Made by a program: the position numbers and the translations under genes | Notes under the pieces: model-generated | What the model was told of the DNA's origin: nothing | The model's database searches: none | The model's input: only the letters and a program-made list of their open reading frames with translations | In this document: positions 10,450-19,691 of the stretch, piece after piece | Layout: every line of letters begins with the position of its first letter | Numbering within the stretch: position 1 is the first letter of the stretch | Assembly (NCBI GenBank): GCA_963796105.1 | Contig: CAWCKJ010000004.1 | Span: forward strand, 640,001-704,000 | Length of the DNA: 64,000 nt | Source: a candidate division FCPU426 bacterium | GTDB lineage: Bacteria > Oederibacteriota > Muellerivitia > Muellerivitales > Muellerivitaceae | Direction of reading: 5' to 3'

Positions 10450-12009
10450 ATGCTCATGCGAAAATCCCTCATCATTCCGGTGTTTTTTTTCGGGTTTGTC
10501 GCGCAAGCCCTCACATCAGCCCATGCCCAATGCCTCTACAGCGATTCACTGAACGAGGGCGCCCTGGCGGCCTTTTGGTCCGCGACCGACTTCAATACGG
10601 CTTTGGCGGGCGCCGGCACGCAAACGGAAGGCACAGCCCTCACCATCACCAGCGCGGACAACAATATCGTCACGGGTTCCGCGTCCGATTCCTTCCATTT
10701 CGTTTACCAGGAAGCCTCAGGCGACGCGGATATCACCCTGGAGATCGACAGCGCGCCCCCCCAGATCAACGGAAAAGTCGGAATCATGATGAGGGAACAG
10801 CTCACGACCAACTCTAATTTCGCGGGTATTTTCGCCTCCACGGGAATAGATTATCTTTTCAAGTACAGGACCACGGCGGGCGGGAACTCCGTGGAAGTGG
10901 ATTCCGCGACCTTGTCCCAATTCCCCAGCTATGTCCAATTGTCTCGGTCGGGGAATGTTTTTTCCGCTTATTACTCCCCGGATGGCGCCGCCTGGACCCT
11001 CGTCGCCACCCAAAGCGTCACCATGGCCTATCCCTATTACGTCGGCATCGCCGTCTGCGCCGCGAACAGTACCACCCCCGGTTCCGGCGTCGTCAATAAT
11101 TTCGCCGTGGTCTCAGGGGACAGCTGTACCTCGACCCCCACGCCTACCAACACAGCAACCGATACCCCGACTCCCACGGTTACCCCCACCCCCTCGCCGA
11201 CCTTAACCCCCACGATCACCCTATCCCCCACCCAGACCCAAAACCTCTCCCCGACGGCCACCCCCACGAAGACCTGGACCCGAACCCCCACCTCCACTTG
11301 GACCTTCACCTATTCCTATACCCCGGCCTACACTTTCAGCTTTACGGTCACTCCCACCATGACCTTGAGTCCCACCGACAGCCCCACTCTCACCCCCACC
11401 ATTACGGATACGCCGACTGACACTTCCACTGACACGCCATCCCCCACCGACACGGCCACTTTCACGGACACCCCCAGCCCCACGCCGACCAACACATGGA
11501 CCAATACGAATACCCCTTCATACACCCCAACCTTTACCCCTACACCCACGAACACCGCGACCAGCACATCCACGGATACAATGACCTATACAAACACCCC
11601 GTCCTACACCCCCACTAACACCTTTACCTTCACTTACACCCTGACCTTCACCCCCACCCCTACCCCAACCCCCACGCCCACGGTCTATTTGACGCCGACT
11701 TTTACCCTTTCGCCGACATCGACCCCGAACGCGGCCCTTTACCTGGACGCGAATTTCTTCAATCCGGACCAGGCCCCGTTGGGCATGGATGTGCGCGTGG
11801 ACCAGGGGGGCGGGGTCAATATCTTGGTTTTCAACCTGGCGGGCGAGGAAGTGCGCAAAATCAAGGATGAGAGCATGTCCGCCGGGAACTACCGTTCCTC
11901 CTGGGACGGGAAGAACAACGTAGGCGCCGTCGTTGGAAACGGCGTTTATTTCATCATCATCGACCAGCCCTCGGGCCGTACCACCCGGAAAGCCGTCGTC
12001 TTGAGGTAG
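10450..12009 (+). CDS. secreted protein: ConA-like beta-sandwich + Thr/Pro stalk + C-terminal FlgD-Ig-like domain
   Basis: Signal peptide; KVGIMMRE and LSRSGNVFSAYYSPDG; long T/P region; FNLAGEEV..WDGKN..GNGVYF. Confidence 0.8.
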   Translation: MLMRKSLIIPVFFFGFVAQALTSAHAQCLYSDSLNEGALAAFWSATDFNTALAGAGTQTEGTALTITSADNNIVTGSASDSFHFVYQEASGDADITLEIDSAPPQINGKVGIMMREQLTTNSNFAGIFASTGIDYLFKYRTTAGGNSVEVDSATLSQFPSYVQLSRSGNVFSAYYSPDGAAWTLVATQSVTMAYPYYVGIAVCAANSTTPGSGVVNNFAVVSGDSCTSTPTPTNTATDTPTPTVTPTPSPTLTPTITLSPTQTQNLSPTATPTKTWTRTPTSTWTFTYSYTPAYTFSFTVTPTMTLSPTDSPTLTPTITDTPTDTSTDTPSPTDTATFTDTPSPTPTNTWTNTNTPSYTPTFTPTPTNTATSTSTDTMTYTNTPSYTPTNTFTFTYTLTFTPTPTPTPTPTVYLTPTFTLSPTSTPNAALYLDANFFNPDQAPLGMDVRVDQGGGVNILVFNLAGEEVRKIKDESMSAGNYRSSWDGKNNVGAVVGNGVYFIIIDQPSGRTTRKAVVLR

Positions 12010-12064
12010 GGCTTGGCAGCCTGGCCAGTCTCAACCGCCTTTTTTCTGTCCACTGCGCCAAGCT

Positions 12065-12139
12065 GTACCGATCATCCATAAAAACATATTGAGATCGGTA
12101 CAATACCAACCTCAATAATCTTTCGTGGAAGGCTGGCAT
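12065..12139. repeat. tandem ~38-bp palindrome pair (GTRCC..GGTAC / ATRCC..GGYAT family)
   Basis: gtaccgatc..gatcggtac (12065-12101), 1 nt, then ataccaacct..aggctggcat (12103-12139). Confidence 0.75.
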
Positions 12140-12346
12140 GGGGGCGGCAATGAACCATCGGTGCGATGATTTCCCCACCCCGGTCGAGCCAATAAATTCA
12201 AAATTTAAAACTCAAAATTCATCATTGTTCTACTACCCCCCCGTGGACAGTTTTTGCTTTATTGACGTTTTGTTTGGGAAAAGGGTTGAATTTTTAAAAT
12301 CACTTTCTAAGATAACGCACCTGCACTTATTTAAAAAGGATCGCTT

Positions 12347-12820
12347 ATGGGCCAAGCTGCCCTCCTCACCATTCACTTTTTGCATGTTTTGTTCGGCTCC
12401 ATTTACTTGGGCGGTATTGTTTATATTTATTTCGAGCTTTGGCCTACCCTTCTCTCCCGTCCCTCGGCCGAGGCGCTGGATTTTTACAGGGCCATCCTGA
12501 AAAAAACCACTATCCTGATGGGCTCCTCATGCGGAATGACTTTTCTGCTGGGGATTACGCTTGGGATCGTCAATCAGCAGGTCAATTCTATCCAATCGTT
12601 GGGCACCCCTTATGGAATCACTTACTTGATCGCCCTCCTCGCTAACCTGGTCTTGTTGATCCAGGGCCCGGGGAGGGGACAGGCCCTTCTTAAAAAAGTT
12701 TGGGCCGAAAACCAATTCGCTCCCGATGCGGCCCTAACCGTGAGGAAAATGTACCGAGTGACCCTAATCGCGGTATGTATCATCATGACCTGCATGGGAC
12801 TGATGATTTTCAACCTCTGA
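12347..12820 (+). CDS. hypothetical 4-TM membrane protein
   Basis: FLHVLFGSIYLGG first helix (CopD/DUF2269-like pattern). Confidence 0.7.
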   Translation: MGQAALLTIHFLHVLFGSIYLGGIVYIYFELWPTLLSRPSAEALDFYRAILKKTTILMGSSCGMTFLLGITLGIVNQQVNSIQSLGTPYGITYLIALLANLVLLIQGPGRGQALLKKVWAENQFAPDAALTVRKMYRVTLIAVCIIMTCMGLMIFNL

Positions 12821-13114
12821 AAACCCTTTTCACGATTTACCCTTTAAATCAGGGGGCGCTTCCTATCCATTTTCCCCTTGTCCAATCCACCTCCCTGCGC
12901 CAAGCCGGGCGGCTGGGTCCCCGCCCTGTAGCGAAGCCTATGCGCATGCTATAGGGACCGCAGTGGACAAACTTATTTTGGCCATGGGATCGAAAGCAAC
13001 AACCAGCCCAAGCCTTTTTCGGGTGCTCCAGGGCCCATAACTTCTATAATAGGCTTTGTCTTCCGCCTTGGGTGAAGGGGAGCCCCGGGGCCATCCCGTC
13101 CAAGCGAGGTCCCC

Positions 13115-14434
13115 ATGCCCGAAGAAAACGTCCAGCGAAAACTTTCCGCCATCATGTTCACGGATATCGTGGGTTACAGCAAAATGATGGGGGAGGACGA
13201 GGCCGGTTCCCTGGATTTCCTCAGGTTCCATAACGCCCTTCTGCAGGGTGAGATCGAGAAAAACGGCGGGCGGGTCATCAAGACCGTGGGCGACGCCTTC
13301 CTGGCCGACTTCAATAGCGCGGTCAACGCTGTGCGCTGCGCGGTTTCCATCCAAAAACATCTTCATGATTACAACCTGGATTTTACCCGCTCCAGCGGGA
13401 AGAACCGGCAGGTGCGCATCGGCATTCACATCGGGGACGTGGTGATGTCGAACAACGACATTTTCGGGGATGGGGTCAATATCGCGGCGCGTCTCCAGCC
13501 CATCGCCGAGCCGGGCGGCATCTGCGTTTCCCAGGACGTTTACAACCACATCAAGAACCAGGTGGAATTTCACGCCACATCCCTTGGCCCCCATGAGCTC
13601 AAGAACATCGCCCAGAAGATCGAGATTTATAAGATCGTCATGGAGGTCATGGGCGGGGCAAAGGACAGGGTCATACCCCATCCCCATGTGGAAGCCAAAA
13701 AGAACATGGGCCTTAAAATGCTCCTCGGCTTGCTGCTGGCCGTGATCATCCTGGCCGCTTCGGCGGGTTTGTTCTGGTATTTTTTCCCGCCCAAACATAC
13801 CGTCTTTAAGACGAGGTACGGATTCAACTCGTTTTTCATGTCCAGGCAATCCGACCAGCAAATCGTATTGTGCTCGAAACCCGGCAACGAATTAAATCGC
13901 AACCCCCAAAATGGCCTGCTCACATTCCATTATTACACCAGCGGCACGGACGGAAGCGGGGTCACCTTTTATCCCATCAACGGGCCTTTTGCCGATGACA
14001 AATACGCCATCGTGGAAGGCTGCGATATGGTTCAACTTCATGGCATGGCCCCGGCGGGCCTGCGGTTCCAGGTCTCGATCAACGAGGCGGGCGTGGGAGC
14101 GCCTGGCGCGGCATCTTATCCGGGGGTAAACGGCGCCGATGGGGAACAATACCAAAGCCCGGTGATCACGGGTTTCGGAAAGTGGAAGGTCTATCAAATC
14201 AAGTTATCCGAGTTCATCCCCAGCGCTGTTTGGGGGAATCAAAACGGCAATAAGGTTTTGGACCTGAAATCCATTGATTCGTTGGGACTGGACATTCCGG
14301 CGAATCAGGGAACCGGGGACTTTAGGATCATGAGCATCGTGTTTGGAAAGTTAAACCCCGGAAATCGCGATAAAATGATTGTCCCCGTCCTGCGAGGGGC
14401 CCCGCCTGGCGGGAATCCGGCCGGCACACGGTAA
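13115..14434 (+). CDS. class III adenylate cyclase with one TM helix and a C-terminal CBM11/CIA30-like domain
   Basis: MFTDIVGYS, KTVGDA, RIGIHIGD and DIFGDGVNIAARL; TM near aa 200-222; WKVYQIKLSEF..LDLKSI. Confidence 0.9.
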   Translation: MPEENVQRKLSAIMFTDIVGYSKMMGEDEAGSLDFLRFHNALLQGEIEKNGGRVIKTVGDAFLADFNSAVNAVRCAVSIQKHLHDYNLDFTRSSGKNRQVRIGIHIGDVVMSNNDIFGDGVNIAARLQPIAEPGGICVSQDVYNHIKNQVEFHATSLGPHELKNIAQKIEIYKIVMEVMGGAKDRVIPHPHVEAKKNMGLKMLLGLLLAVIILAASAGLFWYFFPPKHTVFKTRYGFNSFFMSRQSDQQIVLCSKPGNELNRNPQNGLLTFHYYTSGTDGSGVTFYPINGPFADDKYAIVEGCDMVQLHGMAPAGLRFQVSINEAGVGAPGAASYPGVNGADGEQYQSPVITGFGKWKVYQIKLSEFIPSAVWGNQNGNKVLDLKSIDSLGLDIPANQGTGDFRIMSIVFGKLNPGNRDKMIVPVLRGAPPGGNPAGTR

Positions 14435-14574
14435 AGCCGGCCTTCCAGCTCCAAGTCATAAAAAAGAGGCCAGGTTCCACGCGCCTCAGCGTGGGTCAGC
14501 GCCAATCTATATTTTGACAATCGTCCAATGCGGCCGGCCCCCCGGAACCTGCCGGGCAAAAAAAAGGGTTCGGC

Positions 14575-16680
14575 CTACCTGAGAACGATCACTTTTCTTA
14601 TCAATCTTCCGGACGCTTCCTCGATGATCACGAAATAAACGGCGTTCCCCACGATAACGCCATCATTGTTGGTCCCATCCCACTGGACCCTGTAATTGCC
14701 AACGCCCCTGTATCCGTCCATGACCTTCTTGACTTCCTCCCCAGCGATGTTGAAAACCTTGATTTTGACGCCGCCGGCTTGATCCACCCTCACGTCCATC
14801 CCCAAGGGGCCCTTGTCGGGATTGAAATAGTTGACGTCCAAGTACAACTCGGCATTCGGGGTGTTCGTAGGCAGCGGGGTATTAGTGATGGTGAAGGTGT
14901 CGGTGATGGTTGGCGTTTGGGTCAGCGTGGGTGTGTTTGTGGGAGTCGGGGTGTTTGTGGCTGTGGGCGTCGGGGTGGCGGTGTAGGCGGAGGTCGGGGT
15001 CTCAGTCGCTGTTGAAGTATTGGTCGGGGTGTAAGTGAAGGTATAAGTGTAAGTGGGAGTGTATGACGGGGTGTTCGTATAGGTCATTGTATTCGTGGAT
15101 GTGCTGGTCGCGGTGTTCGTGAGTGTAGGTGAATAGGTATAGGTAAATGAAAAAGTAGGCGTAGCCGTGGGGGTGTCTGACGGCGACGGGGTAAAGGTAG
15201 GCGTCGGGGTTTGGGTTGGGGTATTGCTGGACGTGGCCGTTTTGGTCGGCGTGTTCGTCTGCGTGGGCGTATTGGTCCAGGTGTTCGTAGCGGTGGGTGT
15301 CGATGTATTCGTGACCGTTGGCGTGTAGGAAAGGGTATTAGTAGGCGTATTGGATGGCGTATCGGTCGGTGTGTCCGACCATGTGGGCGTGTCAGATGGA
15401 ATATCAGTCGGTGTGGCGGTTGGCGTGTAGGAAACAGTATCTGTCGGCGTGTTGGATGGGGTATCGGACGGCATTTCCGTCTGAGTGGGTGTATTGGTCC
15501 AGGTGTTCGTAGCGGTGGGTGTCGATGTATTCGTGACCGTTGGCGTGTTGGAAAAAGTATTCGTCGGCGTATTGGAAATCGTGGGTGTCGGCGTCAATGT
15601 CGGTGTATCGGATGGCGTATCGGTCGGCGTGTCCGACCATGTGGGCGTAACCGTAGCCGTGTTGGTCGGCGTCGGGGTGGCCGAAGGGGTGAAGGTTGGC
15701 GTGATGGTCGGTGTAAAAGAGTTTGTGGAGGTAGCGGTAGGCGAAGCGGTAGGGGTAGCCGAAAAAGTCGGTGTTGCCGAACCCGTTGGGGTATTGGTGG
15801 GGGTTCGAGTCGGGGTATAGGTGGGGGTCGGAGTCGGGGTGGGGGTCGGACCGCCGCTCAAAATTTCGACAGCCCAGCCATACCCGGTCGACGACATATT
15901 GTTGGGGTTGAAGCTCTGGCTGATGCTGACGGCTGACGTGGTCCCGGGCGAATAATCGCCGAAAGCAAAGCCTAACGAGTCAGAACCCATCGTGGCCGGG
16001 GTCAGGGGAAATTGACCGGCGCCATTGACCACGGCGTAACTGCCAGGATTCGTGCTTCCCTGCGTCAAAAGCACCTGAAGAATCGTGCTGGTGGAACTCA
16101 ATGGCGTGAAACTAAAGGAAACAGTCGCGGGTGTGCTGTTGGCCGGGCTAGTGACGTAATTCGTGGCGTTGACGCTGGTCGCGCCGATGGGGGACGCGCT
16201 TGCCGCGTTGCTGTAGGTCCACCACTCGTATCTCCAGGAACAGGAACTGTTGCCGCAGGCCAAACCCGTGCTGCCCCCGGCGATGGTCAGCGCGTGGGCG
16301 GACGCGGGGTTCGCGATATAGTAAAGAGACCGGTACGCGGTTTGGCTGGCCGCGTACGTGATGGGGCCGCCCAGGCTTGTCATCGCGGCGCCGTTATAAG
16401 TGATCGTGCCGGGCGTTGTCCCCCAAAAGGAGCCGTCAGCCTCAAGCAAGACGAACAAAACATAACTGCCCCCGGCGGAGGCGCCGAAATTGAGGGCGGA
16501 AACGGTGACACCGAGGCTGGTCAAGGAAGATGAAACCGTCGCGTCGCTGTCATAGCTGGAAACGGCGGCTTTGGCGTTTCCAGCGGAAAAAACCAGGACC
16601 AGGAATAATAAGGCGGCGATTAGTTTTGACCCCATTCGGGCTCTTGGGCTCTTCGCGCGGGGGGATATCGCAAACGTCAA
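14575..16680 (-). CDS. secreted protein with very long Thr/Pro stalk and C-terminal FlgD-Ig-like domain
   Basis: Signal peptide (AKAA); over 300 aa T/P region; C-terminus closely similar to 10450..12009. Confidence 0.8.
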   Translation of the reverse strand: MTFAISPRAKSPRARMGSKLIAALLFLVLVFSAGNAKAAVSSYDSDATVSSSLTSLGVTVSALNFGASAGGSYVLFVLLEADGSFWGTTPGTITYNGAAMTSLGGPITYAASQTAYRSLYYIANPASAHALTIAGGSTGLACGNSSCSWRYEWWTYSNAASASPIGATSVNATNYVTSPANSTPATVSFSFTPLSSTSTILQVLLTQGSTNPGSYAVVNGAGQFPLTPATMGSDSLGFAFGDYSPGTTSAVSISQSFNPNNMSSTGYGWAVEILSGGPTPTPTPTPTYTPTRTPTNTPTGSATPTFSATPTASPTATSTNSFTPTITPTFTPSATPTPTNTATVTPTWSDTPTDTPSDTPTLTPTPTISNTPTNTFSNTPTVTNTSTPTATNTWTNTPTQTEMPSDTPSNTPTDTVSYTPTATPTDIPSDTPTWSDTPTDTPSNTPTNTLSYTPTVTNTSTPTATNTWTNTPTQTNTPTKTATSSNTPTQTPTPTFTPSPSDTPTATPTFSFTYTYSPTLTNTATSTSTNTMTYTNTPSYTPTYTYTFTYTPTNTSTATETPTSAYTATPTPTATNTPTPTNTPTLTQTPTITDTFTITNTPLPTNTPNAELYLDVNYFNPDKGPLGMDVRVDQAGGVKIKVFNIAGEEVKKVMDGYRGVGNYRVQWDGTNNDGVIVGNAVYFVIIEEASGRLIRKVIVLR

Positions 16681-16907
16681 TAAAAACTTAGGTAAAAGGG
16701 TTAACTTGAGTAGGACAAACTTTTTCTTCGCTATGATGAGCTCGCAAAATATGTTTTCGGGGTGAGTGAATTAAGAAATGGTAATTACCTGTAATTATAT
16801 CAGATTCCCCCCATCTCGGAGACCGTTGGAAATCGCCTTAAAACAACCCAAATCCGGGATTTCCCCGATGACCTGCCCCGAGTGTCATCGAGGCCCTGCC
16901 ACTCGCT

Positions 16908-16984
16908 GTGCCGATTTACAATAAGATGGTAATAGAAATCGGTACTATGCCAGCCTCACTATTGGGCTTATCGTAGGCTGGTAT
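16908..16984. repeat. tandem 38-bp palindrome pair
   Basis: gtgccgattt..aaatcggtac (16908-16945), t, atgccagcct..aggctggtat (16947-16984). Confidence 0.75.
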
Positions 16985-17078
16985 GCGGTGCGAGGGGGCT
17001 TTCTCTTGTAACATTGCCGCGGTGTAATGAGATCCCCGCCGTGGATAACTTAATAAACTTGCCCAATTTTCTGTTCAT

Positions 17079-17786
17079 TCATTTCTTCCCAGCCAGGTTC
17101 TTCAGGAACTGTTCCATCTCGTGGTTGGCGGCATCCCAAAAGGAATTGAAAATCTGGTGTTGGAAGGAGTCGCAGCCGTTCGCCTGCCAAAGGAGGCTTC
17201 CATCCCTCGTGGAAATAAGGAAAAGCTCGAATGCACCCACCTTGTTGTAACCCCGCGTGAACGTGGCGTCGTCCCGTTCCAGGATGGACTGCCGGCGGAA
17301 GTAATCGATCATCTTTCCATCCATGTTTTCACGGATCTTGACGGGACAGCCGAAAGTCCCGTAATAATCGATGATTCCCACCAAGGCATAGGGCTTTCCA
17401 CCGGAGAGCGCGGAAAGTCTTTCAGCGCTGAAGGGATACTTGCCCGGTTGATCGGGGCGGAACACATGAAGAAGTAATGCGCCCTGGTCGGCCGCGGCGG
17501 CGGGAACGGCTTCCACCGTGAGGTCCCATTTTTTCGCGTTTTTCAACAGGGCGGCTTGGACCTCCGAAACGGCTTTGTCCGCGGAGGGTATTTCGGTCAA
17601 CGGGGCCTGAAGAAAGGTTTTTTTACTTCCCGTCTGCCAAATTTTACTGGATCCGTAAAAACTGCCCAAATACGCGATATCGCCCGCCGGTACGGTGAAC
17701 CCGGGCGCCGGGCTGTAAATTTCATTCGGCCAAGCGTTCGCGAAAGATAAAAAAAAGAAGATTAAAGATAAAAAAGACAGCTTCAT
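17079..17786 (-). CDS. exported hypothetical protein
   Basis: ATG 17786 after GGAGG; signal peptide MKLSFLSLIFFFLSFANA. Confidence 0.65.
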   Translation of the reverse strand: MKLSFLSLIFFFLSFANAWPNEIYSPAPGFTVPAGDIAYLGSFYGSSKIWQTGSKKTFLQAPLTEIPSADKAVSEVQAALLKNAKKWDLTVEAVPAAAADQGALLLHVFRPDQPGKYPFSAERLSALSGGKPYALVGIIDYYGTFGCPVKIRENMDGKMIDYFRRQSILERDDATFTRGYNKVGAFELFLISTRDGSLLWQANGCDSFQHQIFNSFWDAANHEMEQFLKNLAGKK

Positions 17787-18129
17787 AAAGGCCTCCATTT
17801 GGTAAATAAGCGGTTTATCATTTCCTCTCTTTGATATTCCAATTTGGAATATCAAAGTTTTACTCTTTTCTCAGTTAGATACCATTCTAATCTGCCTGTC
17901 CACGATCCCCGCGCCAAGCCGACCCGTCTCCGACGTGTGTCCCGAAGCTTGAGTGTAGGGATAAGATTGAGCTCAGGGACAAGTCTTGACGTAGGGAGAG
18001 GAGCTTAAATCTTTATTTGTGGACAAGCCAAACAATTCAAAACCTGGCCCCGAGTCACATCGAATGGTTTAAAATTCAGAATTGTTGTACTTCCCCTCGT
18101 CGTAGTGGACAACTTAAATCGCTGTTTTT

Positions 18130-19167
18130 TTATCCTTTGGCCGAAGGCAATCGGTAACTAGCGGATTTCGTGCTTCCGGCCTTAGCCACCAACCCCGCCT
18201 TCACCAGCGGTTTCATTAATTTGCTGAAATTGGACCGCGATATTTTGAGCGCAATGGCCATTTCCCCGCCCGGCATGGAAGCGACAGCCCCTAAAGTCCT
18301 CAAAATTTGTTCTTGTTGGCGGTTCAACAATATTCGTTTTGCCCGCGTGCCGGCCCGAAGAACCTGAATTCTCCGTTGTGTTTTTCGGAGGGTTTCCACC
18401 ACGCCTTCCGCTACGTATTCCAGCCAGGAAGTCAGATTGTCCGCCTCCTTCCTGACTTTTTGAATTTGCCAGTAATACCTCGGCCGGTCTGTTTCAAAAA
18501 ACTCGTCCAACGCGAAGATGTGGTGCGTATCGAAACCTTTTCGGTAGAGAACCCAGGATTCCAAAGCCCGGGCCAAGCGCCCGTTTCCATCCATCACGGG
18601 ATGGATGGACACCAATCGGTGGTGGACAACCGCGGCCACAACGAGGACATGTTCCTTCCGTGCCTGGGTGGATCCGATCCAAGCCAATAGGCCCCTTGTC
18701 AGAATGGGAGCGGCCTCCGGGGGCGGCGGGCGGTAAATCACTTCCCGTCCCTTGAAAACCGCGTTAGGCGCCTTTTTATAAACACCCGCATCCGCCGCGG
18801 GAATGGTGCCCGCCGTTAACAAACCGTGCATTTTGAGAAGGTCTTTTTCGGCGACAGCCCTTCGCGGGCTCTTTTGCCAAATCCACCTCAAGGTTGCGAG
18901 ATAGTTCAAGACTTCGCGTTTAGCCTTAGCCTCAATTTCCAGGTCCTTTCCCTCGGCGAGGGCCCGCACTTCCGGCAGGGTCAAGGGATTTCCTTCTATC
19001 CGGGTTGAATAATGAGCCAATCGGGCGATAGTGTCCCGTTGGATCTCGGCAATCCAGGAAACGTCCACGGATTGCTGTTGAATCCAAGTCCTCAATTCCG
19101 CCGCCAAGGTTAGTCGTCGGACGAAATCAGGGGATCTCTCAAATTTCGGATGATAGGTAAGAATCAT
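18130..19167 (-). CDS. Fic family protein with C-terminal HTH
   Basis: HPVMDGNGRLAR Fic motif; STRIEGN autoinhibitory motif. Confidence 0.92.
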   Translation of the reverse strand: MILTYHPKFERSPDFVRRLTLAAELRTWIQQQSVDVSWIAEIQRDTIARLAHYSTRIEGNPLTLPEVRALAEGKDLEIEAKAKREVLNYLATLRWIWQKSPRRAVAEKDLLKMHGLLTAGTIPAADAGVYKKAPNAVFKGREVIYRPPPPEAAPILTRGLLAWIGSTQARKEHVLVVAAVVHHRLVSIHPVMDGNGRLARALESWVLYRKGFDTHHIFALDEFFETDRPRYYWQIQKVRKEADNLTSWLEYVAEGVVETLRKTQRRIQVLRAGTRAKRILLNRQQEQILRTLGAVASMPGGEMAIALKISRSNFSKLMKPLVKAGLVAKAGSTKSASYRLPSAKG

Positions 19168-19240
19168 GAAAACAGCCTATCGGGGGATAATTTAATTGTC
19201 AACTAATTGTTTCCATATTTGTTTCGAACCCTGTAAACTC

Positions 19241-19269
19241 TTATCCACGAAGGCCCCCGTCGTGGACAG
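19241..19269. repeat. TGTCCACGAC-family palindromic boundary site
   Basis: ttatccacga-aggcccccg-tcgtggacag; representative of more than 12 related sites in the window. Confidence 0.65.
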
Positions 19270-19275
19270 GACCAT

Positions 19276-19572
19276 TTAAGTTTTTTTAGTCCGTTTTGCA
19301 AAATAAGCTTTAACGGCGGTTTCCGGACTTTCTACGGGTGGCAATCCTAAGACGGTCGCGAAATTCGCTTTCTTCCTTGCCTCAAAATACCATCCATAGG
19401 CCTGTTTTGCTGTCGGATGGTCTTTTAGTTCAAAGACTTCCACCAATCCTTCCCAAGCGGTCCTGTTTTGGTAAACCTCTTTTACCCATGCCGACTTAAG
19501 ATGCTTTGCCTCGCATGAAAATTTCCGCTTAATTGCGGATGTAAGGGCCTCAAGGTATTCCGTGTTATCCAT
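19276..19572 (-). CDS. conserved hypothetical protein
   Basis: 98-aa ORF with WEGLVEVF.L..HP.A..AYGW pattern. Confidence 0.7.
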   Translation of the reverse strand: MDNTEYLEALTSAIKRKFSCEAKHLKSAWVKEVYQNRTAWEGLVEVFELKDHPTAKQAYGWYFEARKKANFATVLGLPPVESPETAVKAYFAKRTKKT

Positions 19573-19691
19573 TTATCTTTCTGACACCTGTCTTTCGATT
19601 AATTTCCCACTCCACGTCGGCTCCCCGTCGCGAGTAAGCCAACTCATTCAAAATTTAAAATTCAGAATTGTTGTACATCCCTCCTCGCGGG

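Noticed and set aside
11037..15936. Val/Gly-rich and Arg/Gly-rich ORFs
   Set aside because: Reverse-complement read-outs of the Thr/Pro stalk codons.
17041..19269. DnaA boxes / oriC (TTATCCAC, TTGTCCAC)
   Set aside because: The copies mostly end in CACG and extend to GACGGGG, are dispersed over 30 kb at gene ends, and lack dnaA or DUE context.
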